A DNA stretch of 36,894 nucleotides, taken from positions 1 to 36,894 of the forward strand of contig JASHTP010000250.1 in assembly GCA_030040495.1 (NCBI GenBank), written 5' to 3'. The notes below the pieces were generated by a model that was not told where the DNA came from, ran no database searches, and saw nothing but the letters and a program-made list of their open reading frames with translations. The translations under genes were made by a program, and so were the position numbers. This DNA is from Alphaproteobacteria bacterium (lineage in GTDB: Bacteria; Pseudomonadota; Alphaproteobacteria; ATCC43930; CGMCC-115725). Positions 16,202 through 24,993 of this stretch are shown here, piece after piece; positions within the stretch are counted from its first letter, which is position 1, and each line of letters begins with the position of its first letter.

Positions 16202-17030
16202 CTATGATTTCATGCGGACGGCCTTCGCCGCGGGCTTCGTCGTGGCGCTGGTCGCCGGCGCGGTGGGCTATTTCCTCGTGCTGCGCAATCTCACTTTCGC
16301 CGGGCACGCGCTCTCCCATGTCGGCTTCGCCGGCGCAACCGGCGCGCTGCTGGTCGGGCTCGCGCCCTTCTGGGGACTGCTCATCTTGACGCTGGCGGCG
16401 GGCACGGCGATGGGGCTGCTCGGCGAGCGGCTGCGCGGCCGCGACGTCGCCATCGGCGTCATCTTGTCGCTGTCGCTCGGCCTCGGCGTGCTGTTCCTGC
16501 ATCTCTACACCGCCTATGCGGCGCAGGCGACCGCGCTGCTCTTCGGCAACGTGCTCGGGGTGAGCGGCGACAATCTGCGCGATCTCGCGCTGCTGGCGGT
16601 GGCGAGCCTCGTGGCCCTGGCGGCGATCTCGCGGCCGCTGCTCTTCGCCACCCTGGAGCCCGAGCTGGCCGAGGCGAAGGGCCTGTCGCTGCGGCTCGTC
16701 TCGGTGCTGTTCCTGCTGATCGTCGCCGTCGCCGTCGCCGAGGCGATCCAGATCGTCGGCATCCTGCTGGTGTTCGCGCTCATGGTCGGCCCGGCGGCCG
16801 CAGCGCTGCGTCTCACCACCAGCGTCAAGGCGGGCGTCGCCGTCTCCGTCCTGCTCGCAGCGACCGAGACCTCGGCCGGCATCACGCTCGCCTACCTGAC
16901 CGACGCGCCGCCGACCTTCTGGATCACGCTGCTGAGCTCCGCCATCTATCTGCTGGCCCTGCTGGTGCCGCAGGGCGGCCGCGCCGCCGCGCCGCGGGAG
17001 GGAGAGAGAGCGGGCCTCCTCGAGCCGTGA
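16194..17030 (+). CDS. Metal ABC transporter permease (ABC-3 family, ZnuB/TroC-like)
   Basis: Starts MLDYDFMRTAFAAGFVVALVAG and has multiple TM helices. The ATG at 16194 overlaps the ATPase stop by 8 nt; the track start at 16161 is also possible. Confidence 0.9.
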   Translation: MLDYDFMRTAFAAGFVVALVAGAVGYFLVLRNLTFAGHALSHVGFAGATGALLVGLAPFWGLLILTLAAGTAMGLLGERLRGRDVAIGVILSLSLGLGVLFLHLYTAYAAQATALLFGNVLGVSGDNLRDLALLAVASLVALAAISRPLLFATLEPELAEAKGLSLRLVSVLFLLIVAVAVAEAIQIVGILLVFALMVGPAAAALRLTTSVKAGVAVSVLLAATETSAGITLAYLTDAPPTFWITLLSSAIYLLALLVPQGGRAAAPREGERAGLLEP

Positions 17031-17055
17031 CGCCGTCGTCGCCGGCGGCGCGCCC

Positions 17056-17493
17056 TCATCCGAAGTCGATGCCGACGAGCAGCATGTCGACGGTGGCGCC
17101 GTCGGCGGCGAGCGGCAGGTAGAGCACCTCGTACTGGCGAAGCTTGTCGTCCATCAGCCGTTCGCGGTGGAAGACCGCCGGCAGGCCGGTGGCGACGATC
17201 TCGCCGTAGACCTGCCGCAGCAAGGCCCGGTATTCCGGCAAGGGATGATCGTCGACGTACTTGCCGGTGAGATCGGTGCCGTCGCGGCGCGCGATCTCGG
17301 TGCCGACCAGCCGGAAGCGGAAGCGCAAGGGGTCGCGGAGCACCTCGACGAGCGCCACGCTGGCGAGCGCGTAGGCGAAGTCGACGGGATCGAGCGCCGC
17401 GCGTGCCGGCAGCGTCCGGCCCGCCCGCTTGCTCTCCCAGTAATCGAACAGCCGACGCAGCCGTTCGCTTCTGATGTCCTCCCGCTGCATCAT
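17056..17493 (-). CDS. Stand-alone PAS-like miniprotein (PAS_5/DUF1457-type), 145 aa
   Basis: Uses the internal ATG at 17493. The segments LRRLFDYWESKRAGRTLPARAALDPVDF and FRFRLVGTEI match the pattern I recall for this family. Assigned from memory, not searched. Confidence 0.65.
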   Translation of the reverse strand: MMQREDIRSERLRRLFDYWESKRAGRTLPARAALDPVDFAYALASVALVEVLRDPLRFRFRLVGTEIARRDGTDLTGKYVDDHPLPEYRALLRQVYGEIVATGLPAVFHRERLMDDKLRQYEVLYLPLAADGATVDMLLVGIDFG

Positions 17494-17646
17494 GCGCGCC
17501 GATCGCTTCCCGCGCCCGCCCTGCGATCCTCGCCCGGGCCCCCCGACTCCTTCAGCCTGACGAAAGATCGGCCGGGACGCCACCTTTTCCTCGCGGGGCG
17601 GGCCCAGCCTCTCCGCGCGGGGCCGCGGCCGGCGGACGGACGCCGG

Positions 17647-18630
17647 TCAGCTGCCGCCGGCGCCGTGCAGGTTCGGCCAGGTGACGTCGTCGAAGCCCGG
17701 CGCCTTCGTCGCCACGCCGACGCGGACCATGAAGGCGCCGAGCTTCACCAATCCGTGCGGCTCGGGCGTGAACCGGACGCCGTCCTGCTTCAGCTCGGCG
17801 GCCCAGTCCGCCGCGGTCAGCTTGGTGCGCTCCTCGGCGGCGAGGAAGGCGGCTGCCTCCTCGGGCTTGGCGTTGAGCCAGTCGATCGCATCCGTCAAAG
17901 CATGGATGGTGGCGTCGTAGGCCTTGGCGCGGCCGACGAAGCCCGCGCCGGCCGCGGCGACGATATAGGTGAAGTTCGCCGCGCTGAAATCATGGTTGGT
18001 CAAGATCGCGTGCATGCCGGGCTCGCGCAGCAGGATGCGGACATAGGGCGGCGAGGCGAAGGTCGCGACGATATCGCGCTTGGTCATCACCGCTGCGACC
18101 CCGTCGGGATGGGACATGGTGACGAAGTTGTTGTCGAGCGCATGGGCGTTGCCGAGCTCGCTCTCCGCCGCCATCTGCACGATCAGCGACAGCGGCGAGC
18201 CGATCGACACCACGTTGATCTTGTCGCCCGGCTTCAGATCCTTGATCGAATGGATGTCGTCGCGATAGGTGATGAGCTTCGCCGGCATGTCGGAGATGCC
18301 AAGCGCGATCTTTAGGTCGGCGCCGCGCGCCCAGGCCTGGATGATCGGCGACATGGCGAGACCGCCGATGTCCACCGTGCCCGACAGCAGCGCCTCACGC
18401 ACGGCCGCGCCGCCGGCGAGCTGCACCAGCGCCACATCGGCGTCGGGCAGATACTTGCGCAGCATTTCCGGCTTCTTCGCCACGATGAAGAGCGGGGCAT
18501 AGCCGAGCCCGTGCTCCACCGCGATGCGCACAGTCTCGCGCGCCGCGACGCCCTGCGCGGCCCCTGCCAGGATCATGGCGGCCAAGGCGATGCTTCTCGC
18601 CAGCCTTGTCCGACGCGACCGAACTCCCAT
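17647..18630 (-). CDS. NitT/TauT-family ABC transporter substrate-binding protein (SsuA/AtsR/NMT1-like)
   Basis: 327 aa with SD GGGAGG upstream and the signal peptide MGVRSRRTRLARSIALAAMILAGAAQGVAA. Last gene of the minus-strand operon. Confidence 0.85.
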   Translation of the reverse strand: MGVRSRRTRLARSIALAAMILAGAAQGVAARETVRIAVEHGLGYAPLFIVAKKPEMLRKYLPDADVALVQLAGGAAVREALLSGTVDIGGLAMSPIIQAWARGADLKIALGISDMPAKLITYRDDIHSIKDLKPGDKINVVSIGSPLSLIVQMAAESELGNAHALDNNFVTMSHPDGVAAVMTKRDIVATFASPPYVRILLREPGMHAILTNHDFSAANFTYIVAAAGAGFVGRAKAYDATIHALTDAIDWLNAKPEEAAAFLAAEERTKLTAADWAAELKQDGVRFTPEPHGLVKLGAFMVRVGVATKAPGFDDVTWPNLHGAGGS

Positions 18631-18660
18631 GGACGCCTCCCTTCCCCGTTCCGGCGGGCC

Positions 18661-19494
18661 TCAGTGCTCCGCCATTCCCCATTTCTGGATGGTTCGACGC
18701 TCGACCAGGCGGAAGAGCGAATCGACGGCGAGACCGATGAGAATGATGGTCAGCAGGCCGGCGAAGGTGCCTTCCGTGTCGAGATTGTAGCGGTCGATGA
18801 AGATGCGCCATCCCAGCCCGCCGCCGGCCGAGGCGGTGGCGCCGAAGACGAGCTCGGCGGCAATGACTGTGCGCCAGCCGAAGGCCCAGCTGATCTTGAT
18901 GCCGGTATAGATGTAGGGGAGCGCCGCCGGCACGTAGACGTGGCGGAAGAGCGCCAGCCCCCTGAGGCCCATGTTGCGGCCGACGAAGCGGATGGTCCGC
19001 GGCACGGTCGAGAAGCCCGTGAAGATGTTGAGGGCCATCGCCCAGACGACCGAGTTCACCAGCACGAAGAGCAGCGAGGTGGTGCTGGCGCCGAACCAGA
19101 GGAACGCAACCGGCAGCAGCGCGATCGCCGGCAGCGGGTTGAGGGCGGCGGCAACCGTCTGCAGCGCCTCGCGTCCCCAGGAGGAGAGGAAGGCGCCGAT
19201 ATTGAGCGCGACGGCGATGGCGAGCCCGACCAGCATCGCAATCAGCAGGTTCTGCACGGTGGCCCAGGTGCTGTAGATGAGCGACAGGTCGGCGATGCCG
19301 CGGAAGAACGAGCCGAACACGCCCTCGACCGAGGGGATCAGGATGGGCGACACGCCGGAGACGCGCACCGCGACCTCCCAGCCGCCGAAGAAGATCGCCG
19401 CGATGACGAGTTTGCGCGCCGCGACGCGCCAGAGCTCCGAATGCGCCGCTCGCGCCGTCCGGCCGGGCTCGCCCGATGCCTCGGCCGCGTTCAT
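18661..19494 (-). CDS. NitT/TauT-family ABC transporter permease (SsuC/TauC-like)
   Basis: 277 aa with about 6 TM helices, of the BPD_transp_1 type. ATGA overlap with the ATPase stop. Confidence 0.9.
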   Translation of the reverse strand: MNAAEASGEPGRTARAAHSELWRVAARKLVIAAIFFGGWEVAVRVSGVSPILIPSVEGVFGSFFRGIADLSLIYSTWATVQNLLIAMLVGLAIAVALNIGAFLSSWGREALQTVAAALNPLPAIALLPVAFLWFGASTTSLLFVLVNSVVWAMALNIFTGFSTVPRTIRFVGRNMGLRGLALFRHVYVPAALPYIYTGIKISWAFGWRTVIAAELVFGATASAGGGLGWRIFIDRYNLDTEGTFAGLLTIILIGLAVDSLFRLVERRTIQKWGMAEH

Positions 19495-20264
19495 GCCGCC
19501 GCCTCCCGCGCCGCCGAGCTGGTCAGGAGATCGCGGATACGCTGGCGGAGCGCGGCGCTTTCAGGCTTGTCGCGGGTGTCGACATAGGGATTGTCGATGA
19601 TCTCGACGATGCGCCCGGGCCTGCTCCCCATGATGACGATGCGCTGCCCGAGGAACATCGCCTCGTCGATGCTGTGCGTCACGAAGATCAGCGTCCGCCG
19701 TGCCCGGTGCCAGATGTTGACGGTCTCCTGCTGCAGCGTGGCGCGGGTGATGGCGTCGAGCGCGGCGAAGGGCTCGTCCATGAGCAGGATGATGGGCTCG
19801 ATCGCCCAGGCGCGCGCGATCGCGACGCGCTGCTTCATGCCGCCGGACAAGGTGTGCGGGTAGAAGTCGCCATAGGCCTCGAGCCCGACCATGGCCAGCA
19901 CCGACTCGGCGCGGCGCGCGGCCTCGCTCCTGGAAAGGCCGCGCGTGAGGCGGACGGCATCCGCGACGTTGGCGCGCACCGTCTTCCACGGGAAGAGCTG
20001 GTCGAACTCCTGGAACACGACGAAGCGATCGGGCCCGGGCTCCGACACGACCCGCCCTTCGAGCCGGATCGCGCCGGCACTCGCCGGCTGGAAGCCGGCG
20101 ATCGCCTTGAGCAGCGTCGACTTGCCGCAGCCCGAGGGCCCCAGCAGCATCAACCGCTCGCCCTCGGCGACGGTGAAAGAGATGTGGTCGAGCACGAGGA
20201 GTTCGCCGGCGCCTAGCCTGAAGCGCACCGCGAGATCCTCGATCTTGAGCTGCTCCGCGTTCAT
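19491..20264 (-). CDS. NitT/TauT-family ABC transporter ATP-binding protein (SsuB/TauB-like)
   Basis: Uses the internal ATG at 20264 with SD GAGGCGG. Walker A GPSGCGKST, signature LSGGMKQR and Walker B LLMDEPF. The track N-terminal extension to 20372 (a TTG start) looks non-coding. Confidence 0.9.
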   Translation of the reverse strand: MNAEQLKIEDLAVRFRLGAGELLVLDHISFTVAEGERLMLLGPSGCGKSTLLKAIAGFQPASAGAIRLEGRVVSEPGPDRFVVFQEFDQLFPWKTVRANVADAVRLTRGLSRSEAARRAESVLAMVGLEAYGDFYPHTLSGGMKQRVAIARAWAIEPIILLMDEPFAALDAITRATLQQETVNIWHRARRTLIFVTHSIDEAMFLGQRIVIMGSRPGRIVEIIDNPYVDTRDKPESAALRQRIRDLLTSSAAREAAA

Positions 20265-20368
20265 CACCGCCTCGGCTCTGCCGCCCGCCCCTGTCCGCCC
20301 GTCGCGGACGGCATCGGGGCAAGCCCTCCCTGTTGCCGGCACCATCGGGCGCTCTGCAGCGCCCCTCC

Positions 20369-22579
20369 TCAAGACATCATCTGGATCATCCGGGCGTTGC
20401 GCTCGAGCTCCTCCTGCGTCGGCGGCGTCGGATCGACCTCGAAGGTGACGCGATGCAGCGTGCCGCAGAACGCGAACGGCGCCCGATAGGCGTCCGACAC
20501 CGGCACGTTGCGGTCGGCCCCGATGTCGAGCCCGTCATAGGGCACGCCCACCATTACCTCGTCGAACGCGCGCTCGCCGATCGGTCGTCCGTCGAGCGAG
20601 AGTACGCCGATCCCTTTCGAGGGCCGCTCGGTCATGCGCATCTCGAAGCCGACGATCATCCGGCCGAGCGGCAGCGGCGCCGTCGATCGCAGCCGATGCG
20701 CGCGCGGCGCCAGCGCGATCTCGTAGACGAGACGGCCGTCGAGCACATAGAGCGCATAGCCGTAATAGCGCGAGCCGTAGGCGACGAGCACGCCCTCCGC
20801 GTCGGCGCGCTCGCGGGTGATCTCGGCACGGATGAGATGCGAGCGACCGCCCGTCCAGGGCGCCGCCTGCGAGCAGATCGGCTGCAGCGGCGGCACGAAC
20901 TCCCAGCTTCGGCGCCGCGGCCAGAGGCGACGCGTCTCGATCATCTTCAGCCAGAAGTTCCGGTCGTCGAGCGGCAGCACGTTGTAGCGCCGCGCCGCAT
21001 CGAGCCAGCGCCGCTCCAGCTCGCGCACCTTGTCGGGCCGCTCGTCCGCGAGATCCTGCGTCTCGTTGAAGTTCCGCGCGGCGTCGTAGAGCTGCCAGAC
21101 ATCCTGTTCATAGGCGATGCCGCGCTTGTGCCAGGTGACGATGCGCCAGCCCTCGGCGTACATCGCGCGCTGCCCGCCCATCTCGTAATACTGCTCGGTG
21201 TGGTGCGTCGGGGCGTCGCGGTCGTCGAAAGTGTGCGCGAAGCTCTTGCCCTCGACCGGCTTCGCCGGCCGGCCGCGCCAGGCGGTCGCGCGCGCCGCGC
21301 CGGCGATCTCCACCACCGTCGGATAGAGGTCGTTGACATGCGCATACTGGTCGCGGATCTCGCCGCGCGCGCGGACGCCCGCGGGCCAATGCACGATCAG
21401 CGGATCGGCGACGCCGCCCAGGAAGGTGAACTGCTTGTACATGCGGAAGGGCGTGTTCGACACCATCGCCCAGCCGCGAGGGTAGTGGGGGAAGGTCTCG
21501 GGACCACCCATCACCTCGCGCAGCGCGAGCGCCTCGGCGATGCTCGGCGGCCGCGCATAGGCGGTGAGCATGAGGTTGGGCGTGCCCTCCGGCGTGCCCT
21601 CCGCGCTCGCGCCATTGTCCGAGAGGAGCAGGATCAGCGTATCGTCGAGCAGGCCGAGCGCCGCCAGTGCCTCGGTCAGCCGCCCGACATTCCAGTCGAC
21701 GCGGTCGACGATTCCGGCATAGACCTCCATGTAGCGCGCGAAGACCTTTCGCTCGGCATCGCTGAGCGCGTCCCAAGGCTGGACGCCGGGGTTGCGCGGC
21801 GGCAGCTCGGTGTCGGGCGGCACGATGCCGAGCCGCTTCTGGCGCTGGAGGCGCGCTTCGCGCACGCGGTCCCAACCCTCGTCGTAGCGGCCGCGGTAGC
21901 GGTCGCGGTCCTCGGCCCGGGCGTGCAGCGGGCTGTGCGGCGCGTTGTAGGCGAGATGGAGCAGGAAGGGCTGATCCGGCGCGACGGCGCGGTGGTTGCG
22001 GACATAGTCGACGGCGCGGTCGGTGAAATCGTCGGTGATGTAGTAGCCCTGGCCCCCGACCTGGATCATCGAATTGCCCTCGTACATGTCGTAGGGGCTG
22101 AAATAGTCGTTGGAGTGCAGGTTGAACCAGTAGCAGCGGTCGAAGCCGCGCTGCGCCGGCCAGTTGTACATGGGGCCGCTCTGACTCAGCGTCCTGGACG
22201 AATTCACGTGCCATTTGCCGACCATGAAGGTGGCGTAGCCGGCCTCGCGCAGCGTCTCGGCGAGCGTGGGCGCCTCGAGCGTCAGATCGCCGCGATAGCC
22301 GTCCGAGCCGCCATCGAAGTCGGCGAGGAACCCCATGCCCGCGGAATGGTGATTGAGACCGGTCAGCAGCGCGGCCCGCGTCGCCGAGCAGATGCCGGTG
22401 GTGCGGAAGCGCCGGTAGCGCAGCCCGTGCGCCGCCAGGCGATCGATGTTCGACGTGCCGATCTCGCTGCCATAGCAGCCGAAATCCGCGAAGCCGAGAT
22501 CGTCGAGCACGATGATGACGACGTTCGGCCGTCCCTGCCCCGTCCCGCGCCGCGCGGGATCGCCCGCTTCGGAGCCCAC
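20369..22579 (-). CDS. Arylsulfatase-family sulfatase, large (736 aa), no signal peptide
   Basis: N-terminus PNVVIIVLDDLGFADFGCYG and formylglycine motif C-S-A-T-R in GICSATRAALLTG. GTG start with SD GGGAGGGGAG, 16 nt after the CoA-transferase stop. Confidence 0.9.
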   Translation of the reverse strand: MGSEAGDPARRGTGQGRPNVVIIVLDDLGFADFGCYGSEIGTSNIDRLAAHGLRYRRFRTTGICSATRAALLTGLNHHSAGMGFLADFDGGSDGYRGDLTLEAPTLAETLREAGYATFMVGKWHVNSSRTLSQSGPMYNWPAQRGFDRCYWFNLHSNDYFSPYDMYEGNSMIQVGGQGYYITDDFTDRAVDYVRNHRAVAPDQPFLLHLAYNAPHSPLHARAEDRDRYRGRYDEGWDRVREARLQRQKRLGIVPPDTELPPRNPGVQPWDALSDAERKVFARYMEVYAGIVDRVDWNVGRLTEALAALGLLDDTLILLLSDNGASAEGTPEGTPNLMLTAYARPPSIAEALALREVMGGPETFPHYPRGWAMVSNTPFRMYKQFTFLGGVADPLIVHWPAGVRARGEIRDQYAHVNDLYPTVVEIAGAARATAWRGRPAKPVEGKSFAHTFDDRDAPTHHTEQYYEMGGQRAMYAEGWRIVTWHKRGIAYEQDVWQLYDAARNFNETQDLADERPDKVRELERRWLDAARRYNVLPLDDRNFWLKMIETRRLWPRRRSWEFVPPLQPICSQAAPWTGGRSHLIRAEITRERADAEGVLVAYGSRYYGYALYVLDGRLVYEIALAPRAHRLRSTAPLPLGRMIVGFEMRMTERPSKGIGVLSLDGRPIGERAFDEVMVGVPYDGLDIGADRNVPVSDAYRAPFAFCGTLHRVTFEVDPTPPTQEELERNARMIQMMS

Positions 22580-22595
22580 CTGCCGCTCCCCTCCC

Positions 22596-23816
22596 TCAGA
22601 TCACGCCCTTGGCGCGCAACGCCTCGAGCGCCGTCGCGTCGAGTCCGAGCGCGCCATAGATCTCGTCATTGTCCTGTCCGAGTTCCGGCCCGGTGGCGTG
22701 GATGGAGCCGGGCGCCGTCGCGAAGCGCGGCACCACGCATTGCATCTTCACCGGACCGAGCTCGCGGTCGACCACCGTCTCGATCATGCCGCGCGCGCGG
22801 AAATGCGGATCCTCGAACACGTCGCGGATCGAGTAGACGGGGCTGAAGGTGACTTCGTGCCGGGTCAGGATCTCGACCACTTGCGTCAGGTCCCGCGCCG
22901 CGATCCAGGCGGCGACCAGAAGGTCGAGCGCGCCGCGGTTCGCGACCCGCGCCGGGTTGTCGGCGAAGCGGGCGTCGCGCAACAGCTCCGGGCGCTCCAT
23001 GGCGTCGCAGAGATGCTCGAACATCGACTGGCTGGAGACCGCCATCGACACCCACTTGCCGTCCCGCGTGCGATAGATGTTCGACGGCGCGGAGTAGGCG
23101 CTCATGTTGCCGAGCCGCTCGCGCACCACGCCGAGCTGATCATATTCGATCGCCAGGAAATCGAGCGTGCGGAAGATGGCTTCGGTCGCCGACAGGTCGA
23201 TCTCCTCGCCGGGAGCGTCGGGATGGCGCAGGCGGCGATAGGCGGCGGCGACGATGCCGAGCGCCCCGAACAGCCCGGCGACGGAATCCGCCAGCGGGAA
23301 GCCGGCGTTGAGCGGCGGCCCGTCGGGAAAGCCGTTCAGGTAGGTGTAGCCCGACATCGCCTCGAACACGCGGGCGAAGCCCGGCTTCTGCCGATCGGGT
23401 CCGGTCTGCCCGAAACCGGTGACGCGCAGGATGGTGAGCGTCGGCTTGGCGGCGAAGAGCGCCTCCCGGCCGAGATCCCAGCCGTCCATCGTCCCGGTGC
23501 GGAAGTTCTCGACCAGAACGTCGAACTCGGACAGCAGGCGAAGGAACAAGGCGCGCCCCTGGGCCTTGCGTACATCGAGCGTGATGCCGCGCTTGTTGCG
23601 GTTCGAGACCTTCCACCACAGCGGCACCCCCTGCTTGTGGGGCGGCAGCGCGCGCAAGGCGTCGCGCCCGTCGGGCAGCTCGATCTTGACCACCTCGGCG
23701 CCGAGATCCGCGAGCAGGGTCGAGGCCAGCGGGCCCGCGAGCAGGGTGGCGAGATCGAGGATGCGGAGTCCGCGCAGGGGACCGCTGGGTCCGGCGCCAG
23801 GAGCGAGCGACGACAT
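22596..23816 (-). CDS. Family III CoA-transferase (CaiB/BaiF/Frc family)
   Basis: Uses the internal ATG at 23816 of track ORF 22596..24215. 406 aa. Contains LRGLRILDLATLLAGPLASTLLADLGAEVVKIE and ENFRTGTMDGWDLG, both typical of this family. Confidence 0.9.
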   Translation of the reverse strand: MSSLAPGAGPSGPLRGLRILDLATLLAGPLASTLLADLGAEVVKIELPDGRDALRALPPHKQGVPLWWKVSNRNKRGITLDVRKAQGRALFLRLLSEFDVLVENFRTGTMDGWDLGREALFAAKPTLTILRVTGFGQTGPDRQKPGFARVFEAMSGYTYLNGFPDGPPLNAGFPLADSVAGLFGALGIVAAAYRRLRHPDAPGEEIDLSATEAIFRTLDFLAIEYDQLGVVRERLGNMSAYSAPSNIYRTRDGKWVSMAVSSQSMFEHLCDAMERPELLRDARFADNPARVANRGALDLLVAAWIAARDLTQVVEILTRHEVTFSPVYSIRDVFEDPHFRARGMIETVVDRELGPVKMQCVVPRFATAPGSIHATGPELGQDNDEIYGALGLDATALEALRAKGVI

Positions 23817-23836
23817 CGGAACGGGAGTGTAGGAGC

Positions 23837-23848
23837 AACTATATAGTT
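23837..23848. promoter_or_regulatory. Operator candidate, perfect palindrome AACTATATAGTT (box 1), adjacent to a TTGCAA -35-like hexamer
   Basis: 12-nt perfect palindrome 21 nt upstream of the CoA-transferase ATG. TTGCAA lies at 23849-54. The box sits in the spacer of a putative minus-strand promoter whose -10 is TACACT (23831-26). Confidence 0.5.
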
Positions 23849-23911
23849 TTGCAAGCGATCGCTCCAGCGTCCCGCTTGGCACCGCGGATGGCAATTGCAA
23901 GGCGCCGGAGA

Positions 23912-23922
23912 AACTATATAGT
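23912..23922. promoter_or_regulatory. Operator candidate AACTATATAGT (box 2), overlapping the -10 of the putative gntR promoter
   Basis: Second copy of the box, about 75 nt from box 1. -35 TTGCAA (23895-900), a 16-nt spacer, then -10 TATAGT (23917-22). Confidence 0.5.
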
Positions 23923-23964
23923 GCGGAGCGGGCCGCGCCCGGTCCGCTCCTTGGACTCTCGCCT

Positions 23965-24840
23965 GTGGAACGCGATTTCGCCCGCTCCGACGCACGGCCG
24001 AAGGCCGCCACGCAGCGGCCCCGCTTCCCGCGGCGAAACCGGCCCCGCGCCGCTTCCGCCGGCCTCTCCCGATCGCCGCTCGCGCGCTTTCTCACGGCCA
24101 ACGGCAGTCGGTTGCCCAAATACGCGCAGCTGCGCCAGGCGCTCGCGGCGGCGATCGATGCCGGCTTCTGGAAATCGGGCGATCGCCTGCCGACCGAGAT
24201 CGAGCTCACCGACATGGTGCCCTACAGCCTCGGCACCGTGCAGAAGGGCGTGCGCGCGCTCGTCGAGGAAGGACGGCTGCTGCGCGTCAAGGGCCGCGGC
24301 ACCTTCGTCACGGCCGACCTCAAGGGCATCGCCCAGCCGTTTCTCCATGCGCGGTTCCTCGACGATGCCAGCGGCACCGTGCTGCCGCTGCACGCCAAGG
24401 TCGTCTCGCGGCGCCGGATCTCGGCGACGGGGCCGTGGTCGCAGCCGTTGCGGCAGCGAGGCGACAACATCGTGCGGCTCGAGCGCGAATTGCGCATCGC
24501 CGACGAGTTCGTCGTCTTCAGCCGCTTCTACATCAATGCCGACCGGTTCGGCGGCTTCGCCGCCAAGCCGCTCGCCGCGCTCCGGGACAGCAATCTGAAG
24601 CTGATGCTGGCGCGCGAGTACAATCTGCCGCCGATCACCTTCGCGCAGGACCTGACCTTCGTCAGGCTCGCCGGCGAGATCGCCCGCCATGTGCGCGCGC
24701 GGCCGGGAACCGAGGGCATCAAGCTCGCGATCACCGCCACCTGCCGCAAGTGGGACACGATCTATTTCCATGAGCTGTTCATTCCGCCCAACCGCCGGCG
24801 ACTGCTGCTGCCCGACCTCACGCTGCCGACCGGGCGCTGA
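23965..24840 (+). CDS. GntR family transcriptional regulator, HutC-like (wHTH plus UTRA effector domain)
   Basis: wHTH segment LPKYAQLRQALAAAIDAGFWKSGDRLPTEIELTDMVPYSLGTVQKGVRALVEEGRLLRVKGRGTFV. The GTG at 23965 gives 291 aa with a 49-aa Arg-rich extension. An alternative TTG at 24112 gives a family-typical 242 aa. Confidence 0.85.
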   Translation: MERDFARSDARPKAATQRPRFPRRNRPRAASAGLSRSPLARFLTANGSRLPKYAQLRQALAAAIDAGFWKSGDRLPTEIELTDMVPYSLGTVQKGVRALVEEGRLLRVKGRGTFVTADLKGIAQPFLHARFLDDASGTVLPLHAKVVSRRRISATGPWSQPLRQRGDNIVRLERELRIADEFVVFSRFYINADRFGGFAAKPLAALRDSNLKLMLAREYNLPPITFAQDLTFVRLAGEIARHVRARPGTEGIKLAITATCRKWDTIYFHELFIPPNRRRLLLPDLTLPTGR

Positions 24841-24993
24841 TGCCGCCCGGGCCGCGCGCTCGCACAGGCTGGCGCGTTCTCGCGGAAGTCGTCGCAGCGG
24901 TCGCGCGGCGCTCGTGCCACGGGGACGGACTCGGGCGCCTGACGCCGAACGCCCCTCTGTGCGCTCTTGCGGCAGAATGCTAGAAGGCTGGAC

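Noticed and set aside
20333-22846. 837-aa plus-strand ORF antisense to the sulfatase and the 3' end of the CoA-transferase gene
   Set aside because: Same GC-driven artefact: Arg/Ala/Gly-rich, no domain signatures, and crossing a gene boundary on the other strand.
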